DNA of 64,000 nucleotides from Hypanus sabinus (lineage: Eukaryota): NCBI RefSeq assembly GCF_030144855.1, contig NC_082707.1, forward strand, positions 173,538,001-173,602,000, given 5' to 3'. Both the position numbers and the translations under genes were made by a program. The notes beneath the pieces were generated by a model, which did not search any database, was not told where the DNA came from, and saw only the letters and a list, made by a program, of their open reading frames with translations. This document shows, piece after piece, positions 42,201 to 57,200 of this stretch. The stretch's first letter is position 1, and every line of letters begins with the position of its first letter.

Positions 42201-45200
42201 CATTTTACCTTGATGCATTATGGCTTGGTGTTATTTATTTAATGACAGTGTGGAGTAGGCCCTCTGAGCCACGCTGCCCAGCAATCCACCAATTTAACCC
42301 TAGCCTAATCACAGGACAATTTACAATGACCAATTGACCAGCCAATCAGTACATCTTTGGAATGTGGGAGGAAACTGGAGCTCCTGGAGGAAACACATGC
42401 GGTCACTGGGAAAATGTACAAGGACAGCTTTTACTCTGCTGTTAACATACTCTAAATGACCTCTGTATGATGTGGATTCTTGACTAACATTCTACCTCAT
42501 GATCTTGCCCTCTATTCAGCAGCACTGCACTTTCTGAGGCATTTACATTTTATTCTGCACTGTTTTACTTGTTCTATTTCAATGTGCTATGCAATGATTT
42601 GATCTGTTTCAACAGATGGCAAGACAAGTTTTTCCACTGTGTTTTTGGTATGTGGCACTAATAAACTAATACCAATACCACCAAGCCCATTCTAGCCGTC
42701 CAAGAGGTTTAGCAAACTAACAATTTTTCTATTAAAACTGAATAATAAACCTATTTGACACTTAATGAAATGGCTTTTTTAAATACACATAATCCTCTTC
42801 TACATTTGTCTATCTTTCATTACAATCCAAACACCATATATAATCTATATACTTTTCAAGTACAGAATTGGATCTAAAAAATAGCATTTCTTCAACGACT
42901 TGCTAATGGCACCTATTTTATAGATAGAAATTTATTCACAAACAAAGCAAACTGTATGATTAACTTCCTTGCTATGTTCTCCTTCATGAATTGAGTAAAA
43001 TATTTTCCAGATCATTGGCACAAATATCAATTTCTTTATGTATATTATGGCATTGGAAACAGTCCAAAAGAGATTACACAAGATAATATCTGGAATGATA
43101 AACTCATTATCACATGGCTCAAGAAATTATATCTATATTTCTTGAAGGTTTAGAAAATGAGGGGTGGTTTATTGAAACAGGTTCCTTAGTGTGCAGCACA
43201 AAGTAGATGCCTATACTGTATCAAACATCAGAGATTTAAAGGCTCTAGGAAACTGGCACAAAAGAGGAGTTAGGGGTAGATGAAGGCAGAGCTGGACTGA
43301 GGGACCCAGTAGTCAACTCCTTGCCTGTTTTCTTATGTTCTTATCCCTTCCATAGAATCATGGAAAATTATAGTTAGAGGTGCCATTGTTTCTTTAAACA
43401 CAATGTGCAAGTGACTGAACAAAATGTGAGACTATGTTTAAAACATATAGTGGCCTTTTTATGGTGAACACAGCTGTTGTGATATAATAGTAAGCAGTAC
43501 CAAATTCAGAAGTACTTTGAAAATTATGAGATCTAAAATGCTTTAAAATGAAAGGCAGAAGAATCACACAAAAGACTAAACAGAACAGATGACTGTTGAA
43601 GGATTGAATGCATGTTGCCTTTGCTTGGCAAAACAGCTTAATCTTGTCATGTGCTGTATGAAATGTTTCTATTCAAAACAAAGGAAAACAAAACCAGTAA
43701 ACATCAGTCAGTTAATCTAATGTTTGTGTTGGAAACAAATGCTGGAGACTTCTGAAATAATTTAAAAAACTGTACAGAAATATGCAGAGTTGTTGCCCAC
43801 TTGCATATCTGTACAGGCAATCTCTAGGTTACAACAGTTTTTCATTCCTGAGAACAATTTGTAAAGTGAATGTCTGTAAGTTGGAAATAAACAGGTGATG
43901 AGTGAGCTGATACAGGAAGAGCAGACAAATCATGTATGAGTAACCTAGGGGGATGTGTAATCCAGTAATACGAGTAGAGTATAAAAATGTAATAAAAAAC
44001 AGTTCTCATTTATGAGTAAAAATATACACATATCAGTTGGGCAGATGGCAAAGTGTTTAATATGACTATAGAATGATTTGATGAACAACTGTGAATTAAA
44101 GACTACAAGGATGTAGAAAAGGATCCACAGCAGATGCCATCTCCCTGGCCCTACACTCATATCTGGAGCATCTGAAGAGTAAAGATACCTACATTAGACT
44201 ACAACTCTGCCTTTAATTCTATAATTCCAAGCAAGCTCACCTCCAAACTCCAAGAGCTGGAATTTAATACCTCCTTTTGCAACTGGATCCTTGACTTAAT
44301 GAATTCAATCAGTAAAGATAGGCCGCAACACCTACACAATGATTATCCTCAACACTGGCGCCCCAAAAAGCTGTACCCTTAGCCTTCTCCACTCGCTATA
44401 CAATTATGACCACATGGCCAGCTACCTGCAAGTTTGCAGATTATACCACCATAGTGGGTCATATCTCAAATGATGAGTCTGAGTACTGGAAGGAGATGAG
44501 AGAGCCTACTGACATGACAATTTTCCCTCAATGTCAGCAAAGCAGAAGAACTTGTTATTGACTTCAGGAAAGGATGAGGTACATATACTTCTGTTTACAT
44601 TGAAGGTGCTAAAGAGCTTCAAGTTCCTAGATGAGAACATAGCCGATAACCTGTCCTGGACCAACCACATAGACATCATGGCCAAGAAAGAGGACCAATG
44701 ACTCCAGGGCCAAGGACTGGAGGCCCAGAGTCAGCCTGTCTTGGGGTTGAAGGCCTGTGTATGTGAGAGGATGGATGGAAGGCTGAGAAACAGGCTTTGT
44801 TTTGCTGTTATCATCTTGTTTTGCTCTGTTGTCATTCTGTTGAATATTGTGGGCATGCTATGTTGGTGTTGGAATGTGGAGACACTTGATGGTTGACCCC
44901 AAGCACATCTTTGATGTGCTGGTTATTAATAAAAACCACACATTTTAATGCATGCTTTGATGTACATATGATAAATTGTATCAAAACATCTGTTGTTATC
45001 ATTGTTCTTAAGAGTACAAAACATTGATGTACAAAACTTTGAGTTTGGGAGACTACCAAGAGGCTTTCCAACAGCATGTCTGCTTGTCGTAACATCCATC
45101 AGTTTCTCCAGCGACTTAGTCACAGTTACAACAATTAGTCTTTCTTTTCACCTCAAATTTATGCTTGAAAAATCTTAGAAATCTTCCAGACAATACAACT

Positions 45201-48200
45201 TATAGATGCTAAGAAATATTAGTTAACTTGCTTTTGTTACTATTTAGTTCTGTTAAAAATACTTACTCCTTCCTCAAATGCCCATCTTCGGCTAACTTCA
45301 TTTTCATTATGATTATATATTTCCTGACGAACTTCAATAATCCTATGGCGCATATTTTCTATTTCAGAAACAATCTAAAAAGGAGTATAAGAAATTCTCA
45401 AACTTAAAACACTGAAAACCAACCTTAAAGAGATTAAATGAGGTAGAAAGGAAGCATACAATTCCACATTCTGTAAACATTCATGAAATCTGAAGACCAG
45501 TTTAATAATCTATGGACAGCTACACAAATGCAGAATCTCTAAGCGATGTGCATAATAAATAAATTGAAATAAAGAGAAAATGAACAAAAAAACAACAAAA
45601 ATATGGGGCGAAAAGATAAAAACAGAAAATGGGGTATTTTAAGTGAAAAGTAATAAAAAAGTTGAAGTGTGTAAAGAGAGGAAAGAAGCATAAGAATACA
45701 AGAGTATCAGCCCATTGACTCCTTAATGTTACTTTGTCATTTACCATCCTAGTAAACTTTCCTGCATTGCTGCTTTTGTTTATATCCATATATATACACA
45801 CACTAACACCACCTCCAAAGCCGCCTTGGACTCACAGATGAGGAAATTTCTTCTCATTTGTACTGTTAGGCTGGTTTGTGACCCTGATTCCAGACACAGA
45901 CAATAGAAAATCTGGAGATCCTGGAAACAAAAGTAATGTGCACAAAATGCTGGGGGAACTCAGCAGGCCAGGCAACATCCACAGTAACCAGACCAAGTGT
46001 CGGGTCGAGACCCCTTCATCTGTCCTGATGAAAAGTCTCAGCCTGAACCATCAACTGTTTGCTCTTTTCCATAGATGCTGCCTGGCCTGCTAGTTCTAGG
46101 CACCCCAGCCAGAGGAAATATTAACTATGTAACCCACCAAGCTGTGAAAGAATGTCTGTTTTACTGGGACTTCCTCTCATTCTTCCAATTATTCTAGTCC
46201 AGTTCGCTCAATCTTTCCTCAGAATACAAACCCAGAATCCCAGGAATCAATCTGTTGAACCTTTGTTGCAGCATTCCATCTATCATAAAAAATTCCTTAC
46301 TAGCAATGTTCGACCTAGCAACAATATGCCAAGTGTAGTCTCACCAGGACCCTGGATAACTGCAACAATGTACTCTAAATGTATTTAAGGCCAACATACA
46401 ATTTGGCTTGTTGTACCTGCATGTTAACCATCAGTGAATAAGGCAAAAAACAGGTTTCCAATATGAGAGTGTAGAAGGTTGAGGGCGGACTTGATAGAGG
46501 TATTTAAAATTATGAGGGGGATAGATAGAGTTGACTTGGACAGGCTTTTTCCATTGACAGGTAGGGGAGATTCAAACAAGAGGACGTGAGTTGAGACTTA
46601 GGGGGCAAAAGTTTAAGGGTAACATGAGGGGGAATTTCTTTACTCAGAGTGGTAGCTGTGTGGAATGAGCTTCCAGTAGAAGTTGTAGAGGCAGGTTCAG
46701 TATGGTCATTTAAAGCAAAATTGGATAGGTATATGGACAGGAAAGGAATGGAGGGTTATGGGCTGAGTGCGGGTCAGTGGGATTAGGTGAGATTAAGCGT
46801 TCAGCACGGTAGAGAAGGACCGAGATGGCCTGTTTCCGAGCAGTAATTGTTATATGGTTATATGGAGTGTACAAGGATATCCCTTTGGAACAGAAATGAG
46901 GAAGAATTTCTTTAGTCAGAGGGTGGTAAATCTGTGGAATTCATTGCTACTGACGACAGTGGAAGCCAAGTCATTTGGTGTATTTAAGGCAGAGATAGAC
47001 AGATTCTTGATCAGTCAGGGCATCAAAGGTTATAAGGAGAGGGCAGATTTGACAGGCCAAATGGCCTACTTCCACTCTTATGTCTATGGTTTAGATTTGG
47101 GTGCCTCACAACACCAATAGCATTTCAAATAGAACTGGAGTCAAGGATCCTGGGGTCAGATGGCTAAGGTAGCACAACAGAACTTTGGGGGGATAAAAAC
47201 TACTAGAACAAGTTTATGACTATTTAATTAATGTCTAACAATGTGTTAGTTACATTCATGCATTTGAAAATTCTCAAAGTTATCCAAAACATTCAGACTA
47301 ATTGCTATGTAGTTCACATTACTTGAGCAGGATCATTTATGTCAATTGCAGCTGCTGGATTGCTTCTTGGAGTACCATCACTGTCAAAGTGTTCATTTGT
47401 GGACGCCAGCTCATGTCGCAGTTTAATAAAATCCTCTGGAGAGATTAAATCTTTTGGCAGGTGATTCTGAACATGCTCTCTAAACCTGAAAAACAGCAGC
47501 AACATTTACACTGTGGCTATCTCCAAAAAATAAGCCTTTTTATTACCAGACAAAAAGTTAGGAAAGAAAGTTCCAGTTTGTAATACAAAATATTGGGATA
47601 AACTATAGGAGATTTCCTACCCTGAGGATTCAGTTTATTGTGAATTTCACATTTAATCCTTTGTTGAATGTAGTATAATTTATGCATAAAAATAAAAATA
47701 AACTATTACAATTTTTAATTTACTAAGAATATGGAGAATTAAAAAAAATATTTTGAAGTTTACCACAGCTCTTGAATTTAATTTCTTAATGATTTTTGCA
47801 GATGTTATCAGTCATGAAACAAAGGAATTTAAAAATTGAAACTGTTGTTATGTGAAATCGTTTGGCACTCAGGAACAGCCCAACATAATACAACAGTGTC
47901 CACAACAATAAAATTCTAACATAGATAAACTGCAACAAAAAGCCATTAAAAAGATGGAATCTGTGCCAGCGGCTTCTTTAAATTTTGTCTGCCAGGACGG
48001 AAGAGTCCACTTTCCATATGTAACTAACAAACATTGCTCCTATTTCCCATTTCTATATTTTTGTTATTACTCTGGCATTTATTTTCATTTCTCAAAAAGG
48101 AATATTTTCAATAGCAGGAATTCATTTAAAGTATAAATATGAATGGTTTTCAGTTTTAATTCTACCTTACCTTTGGAAGTGATGACTGTAGAGCTGTGTT

Positions 48201-51200
48201 GGAATACCAAGAATACGATCATAAATTGCTGTCACCTCTTGCAGATTTCCTCTGTCATTTTCCCAGTTAATGTAGGTTTCCCACAATCTATCTGAACGAA
48301 AGTCAGTTCCTGCAGCTAACACTGCATGTTCAAACACACTGCAAGAACACAGAAGAAATTATTAAGTTTGTTGCCGTAACCATAAGTTTCCACATGCCTG
48401 TATTTTTTTGAAGAGCCTAATTGATGCATCTTTATGGTCAAAATACATTGAATTAAAGTTTCAGCAACCACTTGTGCTCATTTTAGAAATACTTCAGAAG
48501 CAAGTATTGCCTATAATTCTGACTACAGCCCAAGTATAAATTCATCACCTTCTGTTGGTTGTGCTGACTGGCAAGACTGAAGAGGATCATAGAATAAAGC
48601 TATGTTATAATTGAGAAGTTTAAATATTTATAAAAAAGGAATTGACTACTGTACTGCTCTCTATCAGAAATATTCCTCAATATCTTCTCAAAGCCGTTTT
48701 CATTAATTAAATCACATTACTCATGGGTGGTGACAGACAACTTTACAATTTTATTTTATTAGGCCCAGATACTAACAATAAAACTATGCCATGGTCTGTA
48801 ATGCCTATTCCTTTGGCACTCTACTCAAAATACCAGTCTATCTCTTAATCTCTGCAATCTCATTCCCACCATCACCATTAGGGTTAGGGTTAGGGTTAGG
48901 GTTAGACCCAAGAGACAACTTCTTTACATAGGATACTGAGCACCTAGAACAAGCTGCCAGACTCAAAGTTTGTGGATGATATGAAGATAAGTGGAAGGAT
49001 ATAGTGCTGAGGCAGCAATGCGATTGCAGCAGGACTTAGAAAATTGGAAGAATGGGCAAAAATGTGGCAGATGGAATAGTTTTGGTAAGTATATCATAAT
49101 GAAGGAGAAGGTTCAAACTTCAGAGTTGCAGATGAACTTAGGAGTCCTCGTGCAAGTCTGTGCTAAGGAAGGCAAAAGCAATGTTGGCATTCATCAAGGG
49201 GAATATAATATAAAAGCAAGGAGATAATGCTGAGCCGTTACAAGACACTGGTCAAGTTGCACTTGGGAGTATTGCCAACAGCTTTGGGCCTCATTTCAGA
49301 AAGGATATGCTGTCATCCGAGGAGATTCACAAGGATGATTCTGGAAGCTCTGGGCCTAGACTCAGTGGAAGTTAAGAGAATACGTGGGGATCTCATTGAA
49401 ACCTTTCAAATGTTGGAAGGATGAGAAAGGGTGGATGTGGAGAGGATGCTTCCTACGGTGGGAGTATCCAGAACTACAGCACACAGCCTCAAAATTGAGG
49501 AGGTGACCTTTCAGAGCAGAAGTAAGAGGAAGGTTTTTTTAAGCCAGAGAGTAGTGAATCTGTGGAATGTTCTGCCACAGATGCAGTGGGGGCTAAGTCA
49601 GTGGATATATTTAAGGTGGAAGCTGATATTTTCCTGATCAGTCAGGGCAGCAAAGGATATTGTGCGAATGCAGGTGTGTGGAGTTGAGTGGGATCTGGGA
49701 TTAGCCATGATGGAATGGTGGAGCAGACTTGATGGGCTGAATGGCCTAATTTTGCTCCTATGTCTTATTGTCTTATGAAGTGGGTGAGGTAGGTATAATT
49801 GCAACATTTAAGAGGCATTTGGACAGCAACACGGAGGAGAGGGGTGAGAAGGTTATGAGCCAAACGTGGGCAAATGGGACAAACAGGTGGATCAGTTGGG
49901 CCGACCTCTTTCAATGACATAATAAGACCTCTACGTATCAGTTTCTGCCACTCTACTGACATAGCATTGATCAAAAAATGTTTTTAAAAATCCCATGTAG
50001 TGTGATAATTCACTCTCTGCATCAGAAACTTCATGCACAACCGACCAATTCTATCCCTGGCCTTTTAATCCATCTTGCATCTCTAACCCAATCCGATACA
50101 AGGCAATTATTTTCCTTGTCCTCCTCTGCTACCCCTTCAACCAACAGATTCAATTGTCTATCTTCCATAATTTCTAACATCCTCAACATAAATAAAGCAC
50201 CAGTCACACTTTCCCTCTCTTCTTCCATTTCAAAGGGAGCTTTTCCTCTTCTATCTCCAGCAACACTCACTCTTTTACACCAGTAACTGATGCAACTGCA
50301 GGAGATAATTCTTTCCTGTTGTTTAGAGGTCTCATTGTTATTTACAATAGATGGCTATTTAGCCTAAATAATTTTAAATTGTAAGAATTCAGATCTTCCT
50401 AACCTCATTTGAAACTTTACTGGAATGTTTTCTGCTAAAAATGTAATATGCCTTCATGACAAAGGACTATACTTTCAGGAATTCAGAGAAAGAGAGGCAA
50501 TCTTACAGAAACATAAAATTATGAAAGGGATAGATAAGACAGAAACAGGAAAATTGCTTCCACTGATAAGTGAGACTCAAACTAGGAGACTTAGCCTCAA
50601 GATTCAGGGGTAGAGATTTAGGATGGAGATGAATAGTTTTCCCGCAGCAAATTACAAATTTATGGAATTCTCTGCCCAGGGAGGCAGTGGGGACTGCCTC
50701 ATTAGAAGTATTTAAGATACAGAATTTTTTGTACAGCAGGAGAATTAAGTGTCATCTGAAAAGACAGGTAGGTGGAGGTGAGTTCATGGCCAGATCAACC
50801 ATATTCTATAGATGGTTTACTCCTGCTCCTATTTTTTATGTTCTTAAATGCGATAAAATTCACTGTGAAAGACAAGCATAAGCTGCTGATAAAACACTTA
50901 AACTCAACAATCTCATGACCAAAGGTCATAAAAGTCTGACCTATTTTAAGTTATACCTTGCTGTCCAACAAAGAAACTAGGAAAGACCTTTATGTTGATA
51001 AGTTCCAAAATTCTATGAATTATGAAGCTGATGGTTAATATACTTAGAATCAAATAAAACTTCCAGCTTAAATTTTTATTCTAATGAAATTTACTGACGT
51101 CAGGAGAAAGTTACCAATTGAATTATCATGTATTCATACCAAAGTACAGGTATGAATCCAATATTACCTTTTTATTCTTGCATCAGTCTCTGGATTGTCA

Positions 51201-54200
51201 CTATCCAAGGTCTCCTTCAAGAAATTGATATAGTGGAGCCAAAGATCAACACTAAGAGGAATTGCTTGCAGTCCTTGTCGGTACACCTGTGACAAAGAGT
51301 TTCTAGTAATTTCTGAAATAAATGTAATAAAAAACCACCAGCAGAGTCTGTATACTGAAAATGTTACTTTCCAGGAATTTGTTTGAATAATCATCCATTA
51401 CCATTATGTGGAGGGTGGTAAGAACATCACAATGTTCTGCTCTCCACGCGTACAGCCTTGATCTTCAGAGTGTGAGATGGCTCCTGCATTCTGACAAGGT
51501 AGGGCAGGCTTGGGGTACAGACCATAGGGCACAGACCCATTAGAACATCACTGACAGCCTCTAACCACAAATGTAATAAAATTCAGCAAAAACAAAAACA
51601 TTAACGTAAATACAGGAAAAAATAATTGGGTTTAAAATCATAGCACCCAAGTAAAACTGTCAGAAAAGCCCTGCCCTACTTGTTAAATTGCATTGATTTG
51701 CACTGCAAAGCTTGACAAACTGTAGTACTAATGAACCTGTTAACAAAGAGAGAAGACATTAGCTGAAAACTGCTAAGGGAAAATATTTTCTTTTATTTTA
51801 ACTCTGAAAAAGTGGATGAGACCATAAATTATTAACTAAAGCCAAAATCAAATTCTCAAAACCTCTTACAAACATGGTTTGCTTTAGTCTTTTGAGTAGA
51901 ATATGGCTTGTAGTAATCTGAGACATGGCCAAATTAAAAGTGAAATGCAAATAAAGGGACAAAGTTACAAGAAATCATTCACCTCATTTGCCTCTGTCAG
52001 GTTGTTATGGCGTCGTTCAAGATCAGCATACTTTTTCCAATAGCCATAGCAATATGGATAGTGAGATAAAAATTGATCAAAGGCTCTTCTGGCTGCCAGA
52101 ATGTGGTTCTGTAAAATTAAAAAAATGTTTTAAGTTTTATTTTCAACACATTATACACAAATGTTACCTCTCGGGCACCTCTTCATTTGCTGAGTTCACT
52201 TATGTGGTTGCATTTTGATTTGTTATATTTACAATTCAATTGCTTAGATTTCCATTCAACATTAATCACCGAGATACACCTTTTGTAAATTGATGCAATA
52301 ACTATGCACTTTTTAATTAGTTAATTAGTTTATCTTCATAAGCAACAATTCAATGCAGCAACTACTGTTATCAGTAAAGCCCGTATTCCAACCACAGAAG
52401 AATACAATTTATATTATCTTTTAATTCCCAGAAGTGTGAATACGAAGTAGAATTTATTCAAACGTAAAATTGAGCTGAGTATTCTACACTAGGCTTACAT
52501 TAAACATTGATGTAGTTAGTTGCTTCAACTATCCAGAGCACTTTCACTCCGGAGCAAGGGTTAACCTAAATTCCAGATTTACACAACCGAGTGAATGACT
52601 GGGATGCCAAAACACATTTTCCACCAAGACAAAATCTAGACAGTTTGTTGAAGAATGAGGCTGCTGTTTGAAAGACCGCATTAATTGGACTAAATCTTGA
52701 TGAACCAAGAATGTAATGATAGTATGGAATGAACCAATATACATAAAGTGCAATTTAACATCCTCCAAAACTTCTGCAGCCAATAAAAAGTGAGCAAATG
52801 CAGACTGACAGATTCTATCCCACATCTTTATCTAGTCAATTCACTCTAATTTCTTCATTTAAAAAATGCTTTCTAGAACACCAACATTTATTTAAACAGA
52901 ATATTGCATAAAAGCAATCTGCAGATATTTAGGCTAAAATCAGAAAATCATACAAGCCAACAACAGCTGGTGAAAATTCAATGCACTTCCCACAGGATTG
53001 CTCCCTCTGTGATTCCCTCATTCATTTGCCCCTCCCCACTGATCTCCTCCTGGCACTTACTCCTGCAAGCACAAGAAGTGCTACACCTGTCTATTCACAT
53101 CCTCCCTTGGGACCATTCAGGGCTCCTAACAGTCCTTCCAGGTGAGACAATGCTTCAACTGTGAGATTGTCCGGATCATTTACTGCACCTGTTTCAGCCT
53201 TCTTGATATTGCTAAAACCCAATGTAGGTTGTGGGGACCATTTTGCCAAGCATCTTTCCTACATCTGCAACAAACAGGATCTCCTGGTAGCCAACCATTT
53301 TATGCCCAATCCTAATCTAACATGCCAGCTCATGGCCTCCTCTACTGCCAAGATGAGGCTATTCTCAGGTTGGAGAAGTAACACTTCATTCTGTCTGGAT
53401 AGTCTCCAACCTGACAGCATGAACATTGGTTTCTCTAACTTATGGTAATTTCTCCCCCATCTCCTCTCACCCCTTCTCCTTTCCTGTCTATCATGTCCCT
53501 CTGGTGTCCCTCCTTCTCCTCTTTCCCCCTTGGTCCACTCTCCTCACTTGTCAGATTCCTTCTTCAATCCTTTACCTTTGATGAAATCTCATCTAGTTAA
53601 AGTTGAACTTGACCAACAAAGCAATTATGTAATTCCCACAAACACACCTGGCCATGGCATTATTATTATAATCAGCTATACAAAAAAAAAGATTTATTTT
53701 TAAAAGAAATATCAACATTGAACATGATCTCTACTTCCCAGCCACCAGAAGAAGAAATAGTAGTGTAGTGGCATTCATTAACAAATGGATCCACTATACC
53801 AGGGGTCGGCAACGTTTACCACTGAAAGAGCCAATATGGACCCATTTCCCACAGAAAAGAAAACACTGGGAGCCACAAAACCCGTTTGACATTTAAAATG
53901 AAATAACACTGCATACAACGGTTTTTTTTGCCTTTATGCTATGTATAAACAAACTATAATGTGTTGCATTTATGAAATTGATTAACTCCTGCAGAGAAAA
54001 CGAAATTACATTTCTGCATGCAACAAAAACATTTTGAACTCCGAAAAAAAGACGTTGGGTTGAAGGTTATTCCATAGTTAGCCTACCTTGGATCGAAGAA
54101 TTAAAAGAAAGCGCGCACTGGCGGGTGTCAGGCATTGGCAGTGGTGATGTATATTAATAGCGATAAAAAAACACATTGTAGCCGTGTGCTACACGCAGCG

Positions 54201-57200
54201 CTAAAATAACGACACTGCAGTCAAAGAACTTTATTCGAACTAAACAGCCTTACTTTAAAGCCTCCCTCAACCCGTCCCCGTGGGCGCAGATGCTCCAAAA
54301 GACACGTACTCACAAACCCCCGTAGGCTATCTCCCTTAGCCGGAACGGTGGCTAATTGTGAGCCGGTTCGGATGTGCCAGGAAATGGGGTCTCCACAATG
54401 TTTTATTTAGATTGTACAAGATCACCATAATCTTCAAATTTCGAATTACATTTCAAAAACTAACAAACCACGGGGAGCCGCAGCACAAAGACGAAAGAGC
54501 CGTGGGTTGCCGACCCCTGCACTATACCTTCCAACAGCTTAATTAAGCAGAGCATTCAGCAAGTTCAAAAAATATTTGATAAAATGTTATTATAGAAAAT
54601 GTACGTGGAGTGATGTAATATGGGTAGCTGTAGAATTTCTGACTTATGGGAAAAAAGGCTCATTGATAGAACACTTATTAAACTTGGGAACAGCCTATAC
54701 AAAGATTTATTCTGATCTCTATAGTAATTTATCCAAATTGTAGAGCTTTAATATAAACCCAAATAACTACAGAACAACCATTAACTATAACATAACTATT
54801 TTAACAGAGAAACTGTCAAATTTATTGTTTCACATGCAAACCTCTGAAGATTGACATAGAAGATAACCAGAATTTACTCCAATTTGTCTTATGGTTGAAA
54901 TTACCAAAAGACTCAGCAGTGAACCTTAATGAAATCTTCATTGTAAATCTTACAGTGATGCAATGGCAATACATCACCAAATGAACATATTTAGTTGTCT
55001 GAAATGATGTCTGACAATTATCTAGTTTGCTATGGACCACATTTTTCAATTGACAGAAACTGTTATCAGCACCAGCAATAAAAATTCTGACAGCTGCAGA
55101 ACTAAGTTTTCAGTATAAAGATGACAACACACTGCACTTTGACCATACATTTTTAAAAATTTTGTATAATTTACTCACCTCTTGCTCTACATATTGCAGC
55201 AAATACGTCCAACCTGTAAAGTCTTGGGGATTGTCTTCAACCACCTTCCAAAACTTTTCATATTCCGCAGGAAAGGAAATTTCAGAGTCATTGAGTCCCA
55301 CATTTTCTATATCTTCAACAGTTCGATCAGGGGAAGAGTTCTCAGCCTGAGATTCAGTGTCCATTGATGCTGAACCTTCAGGAGATTCTACTTGCGATGC
55401 TAATGAATGTGGCAAATTTGTTAAGGGCTCCAGACTGGTTTCCTGTTCAGTAACTTCATTTTCACTTTCTAAAGTTTGTGGCTCATAAGTTGAGATCTCA
55501 TGGGTATCAGAAGGCTGAGAGTTTGGCACGAGCATCTCTTTTGGAAGAGAATTGCTTGTGGTGGAGATATATTTATACAAGTCACTTTCATCAGTAGAAG
55601 CAAGTCCATCACTAGGTGACGATGCTGTCTCACTTAAGCCTTAAAAGGTAGATAAATAGAGACACTGATCATACCACAAAGCAATTGTCCAAAATTCAAA
55701 TTGTCCTCGTTCTTGGTTTACAAATACAAACCTATCGCTAATGATTCCTATCAGAAAAAAGCAAATTAATTCAGTTATAAGACTATTTTACTACCTACCA
55801 TAAATCAGAGTTGAAATATATGCAACATTAATATTTGTTTTTCTTTAAACTCTCTTCTCAAGATCACTCAATGTAGGAAGCAACATTTCAACATTACTCA
55901 CGCCTAGAAGCTTAATTTTGATTAAAAGAATACATTTTATCTGCAATTTTAGAAATTTTGATGCTAATCTTACATTTATCTTTAAATGAAAATGAATGGC
56001 AATCCCATTAAGATTCATTATTTGGAATATCTTTGTTGACCTTTCTCAAGAGTAACACTAAGATATTCCGCAGATTTAGACAAAATAATGTTTGCAAACA
56101 ATTCAGACTGGCATCTTTTGCTGGCACCATTCCTTCCAGTGGACTGTTCCACTACTTTTATGATGGACAAAGGGAAAAATCTTTTTCAAAGTTGAAAACT
56201 GAAACATTTTAATATAAATTTGCAGGGTGTACAAGGGAGGAAATAGGATTGATGAGAACTGAATGAGAAACCTTTGCTTATATTTTTGAACAGAGAGCGG
56301 GGTATTCATAGATTGCAGAAGGAAGCAGACTGATGGAATGAGCAGAGATGCATGGTACGGTAGAAAGAATGGCAAAGTTTACTGAAGTTTATTATTCTCA
56401 AAAGAATGCTGGAACAGAGAGACCCAAGGGTACTTGTACATAAATTGTTGAAAATGCAGGGCAGGTTTAACAAGACATACACAATTTGGGGTTTTTAAAT
56501 CAATAAAAACACAATACAAAAGCAGAGACTTTTATTCAGCCTTGTCTGAAATATTGTGTTCAATTGCAGTCACTACATTATAGGAAGGATGTGAAACCAT
56601 CAGGGAGAGGTCACAGAAACGATTTTCGAGAAAGGTTCCTAGGATGAGGGATAATAGTTACTAGGGCAAATGTGAGGGTCTGGGGCTGTTTTCTTTAGTA
56701 AAGGCTGAGAAAAGATTTGATATTGATGGGTCTAAACAGAGTGGATGATGGAGTGGTTGAGGACGAGAGGTCACACGTATAAAGAGAGAATACAACATAT
56801 GGCTGGAATCTGGAATGCACTGCCTGCTAATGTGACAGGTTCCTCTGTAAACTTCTAGAGGGAATGGATTATTTGATAAAGCAAAATTTACAAGCTAGGA
56901 GAAAGGGGCATCATGGACATGATGGGCTACATGGTCGCCCTGTGTGCAGAAACTACTTTAGAGAATTGTAGTGTTCAGTTTGTGCTGTTAATGGTAGTTA
57001 TCATATGTCATAAACATTCAATATCCTTCAATCTAAATAGTATAGAAGCTGTTGTGTTTTAGTCAAGTACACTGGTTTTAGACTAAGAATGATCAAATAC
57101 ATCTTAAAGAATAAAAACTACACAGAAACATGTAAAACAGAAGAAGTAGAATATTCAACAAAAAGCATTGAGGAGAGCAAATGAGTAAAATTTACAAGTT

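Noticed and set aside
49978-50286. Opposing 102-aa and 79-aa ORFs in PRPF39 intron 4
   Set aside because: No recognisable domain or splice context; they lie between LINE remnants and are probably decayed repeat
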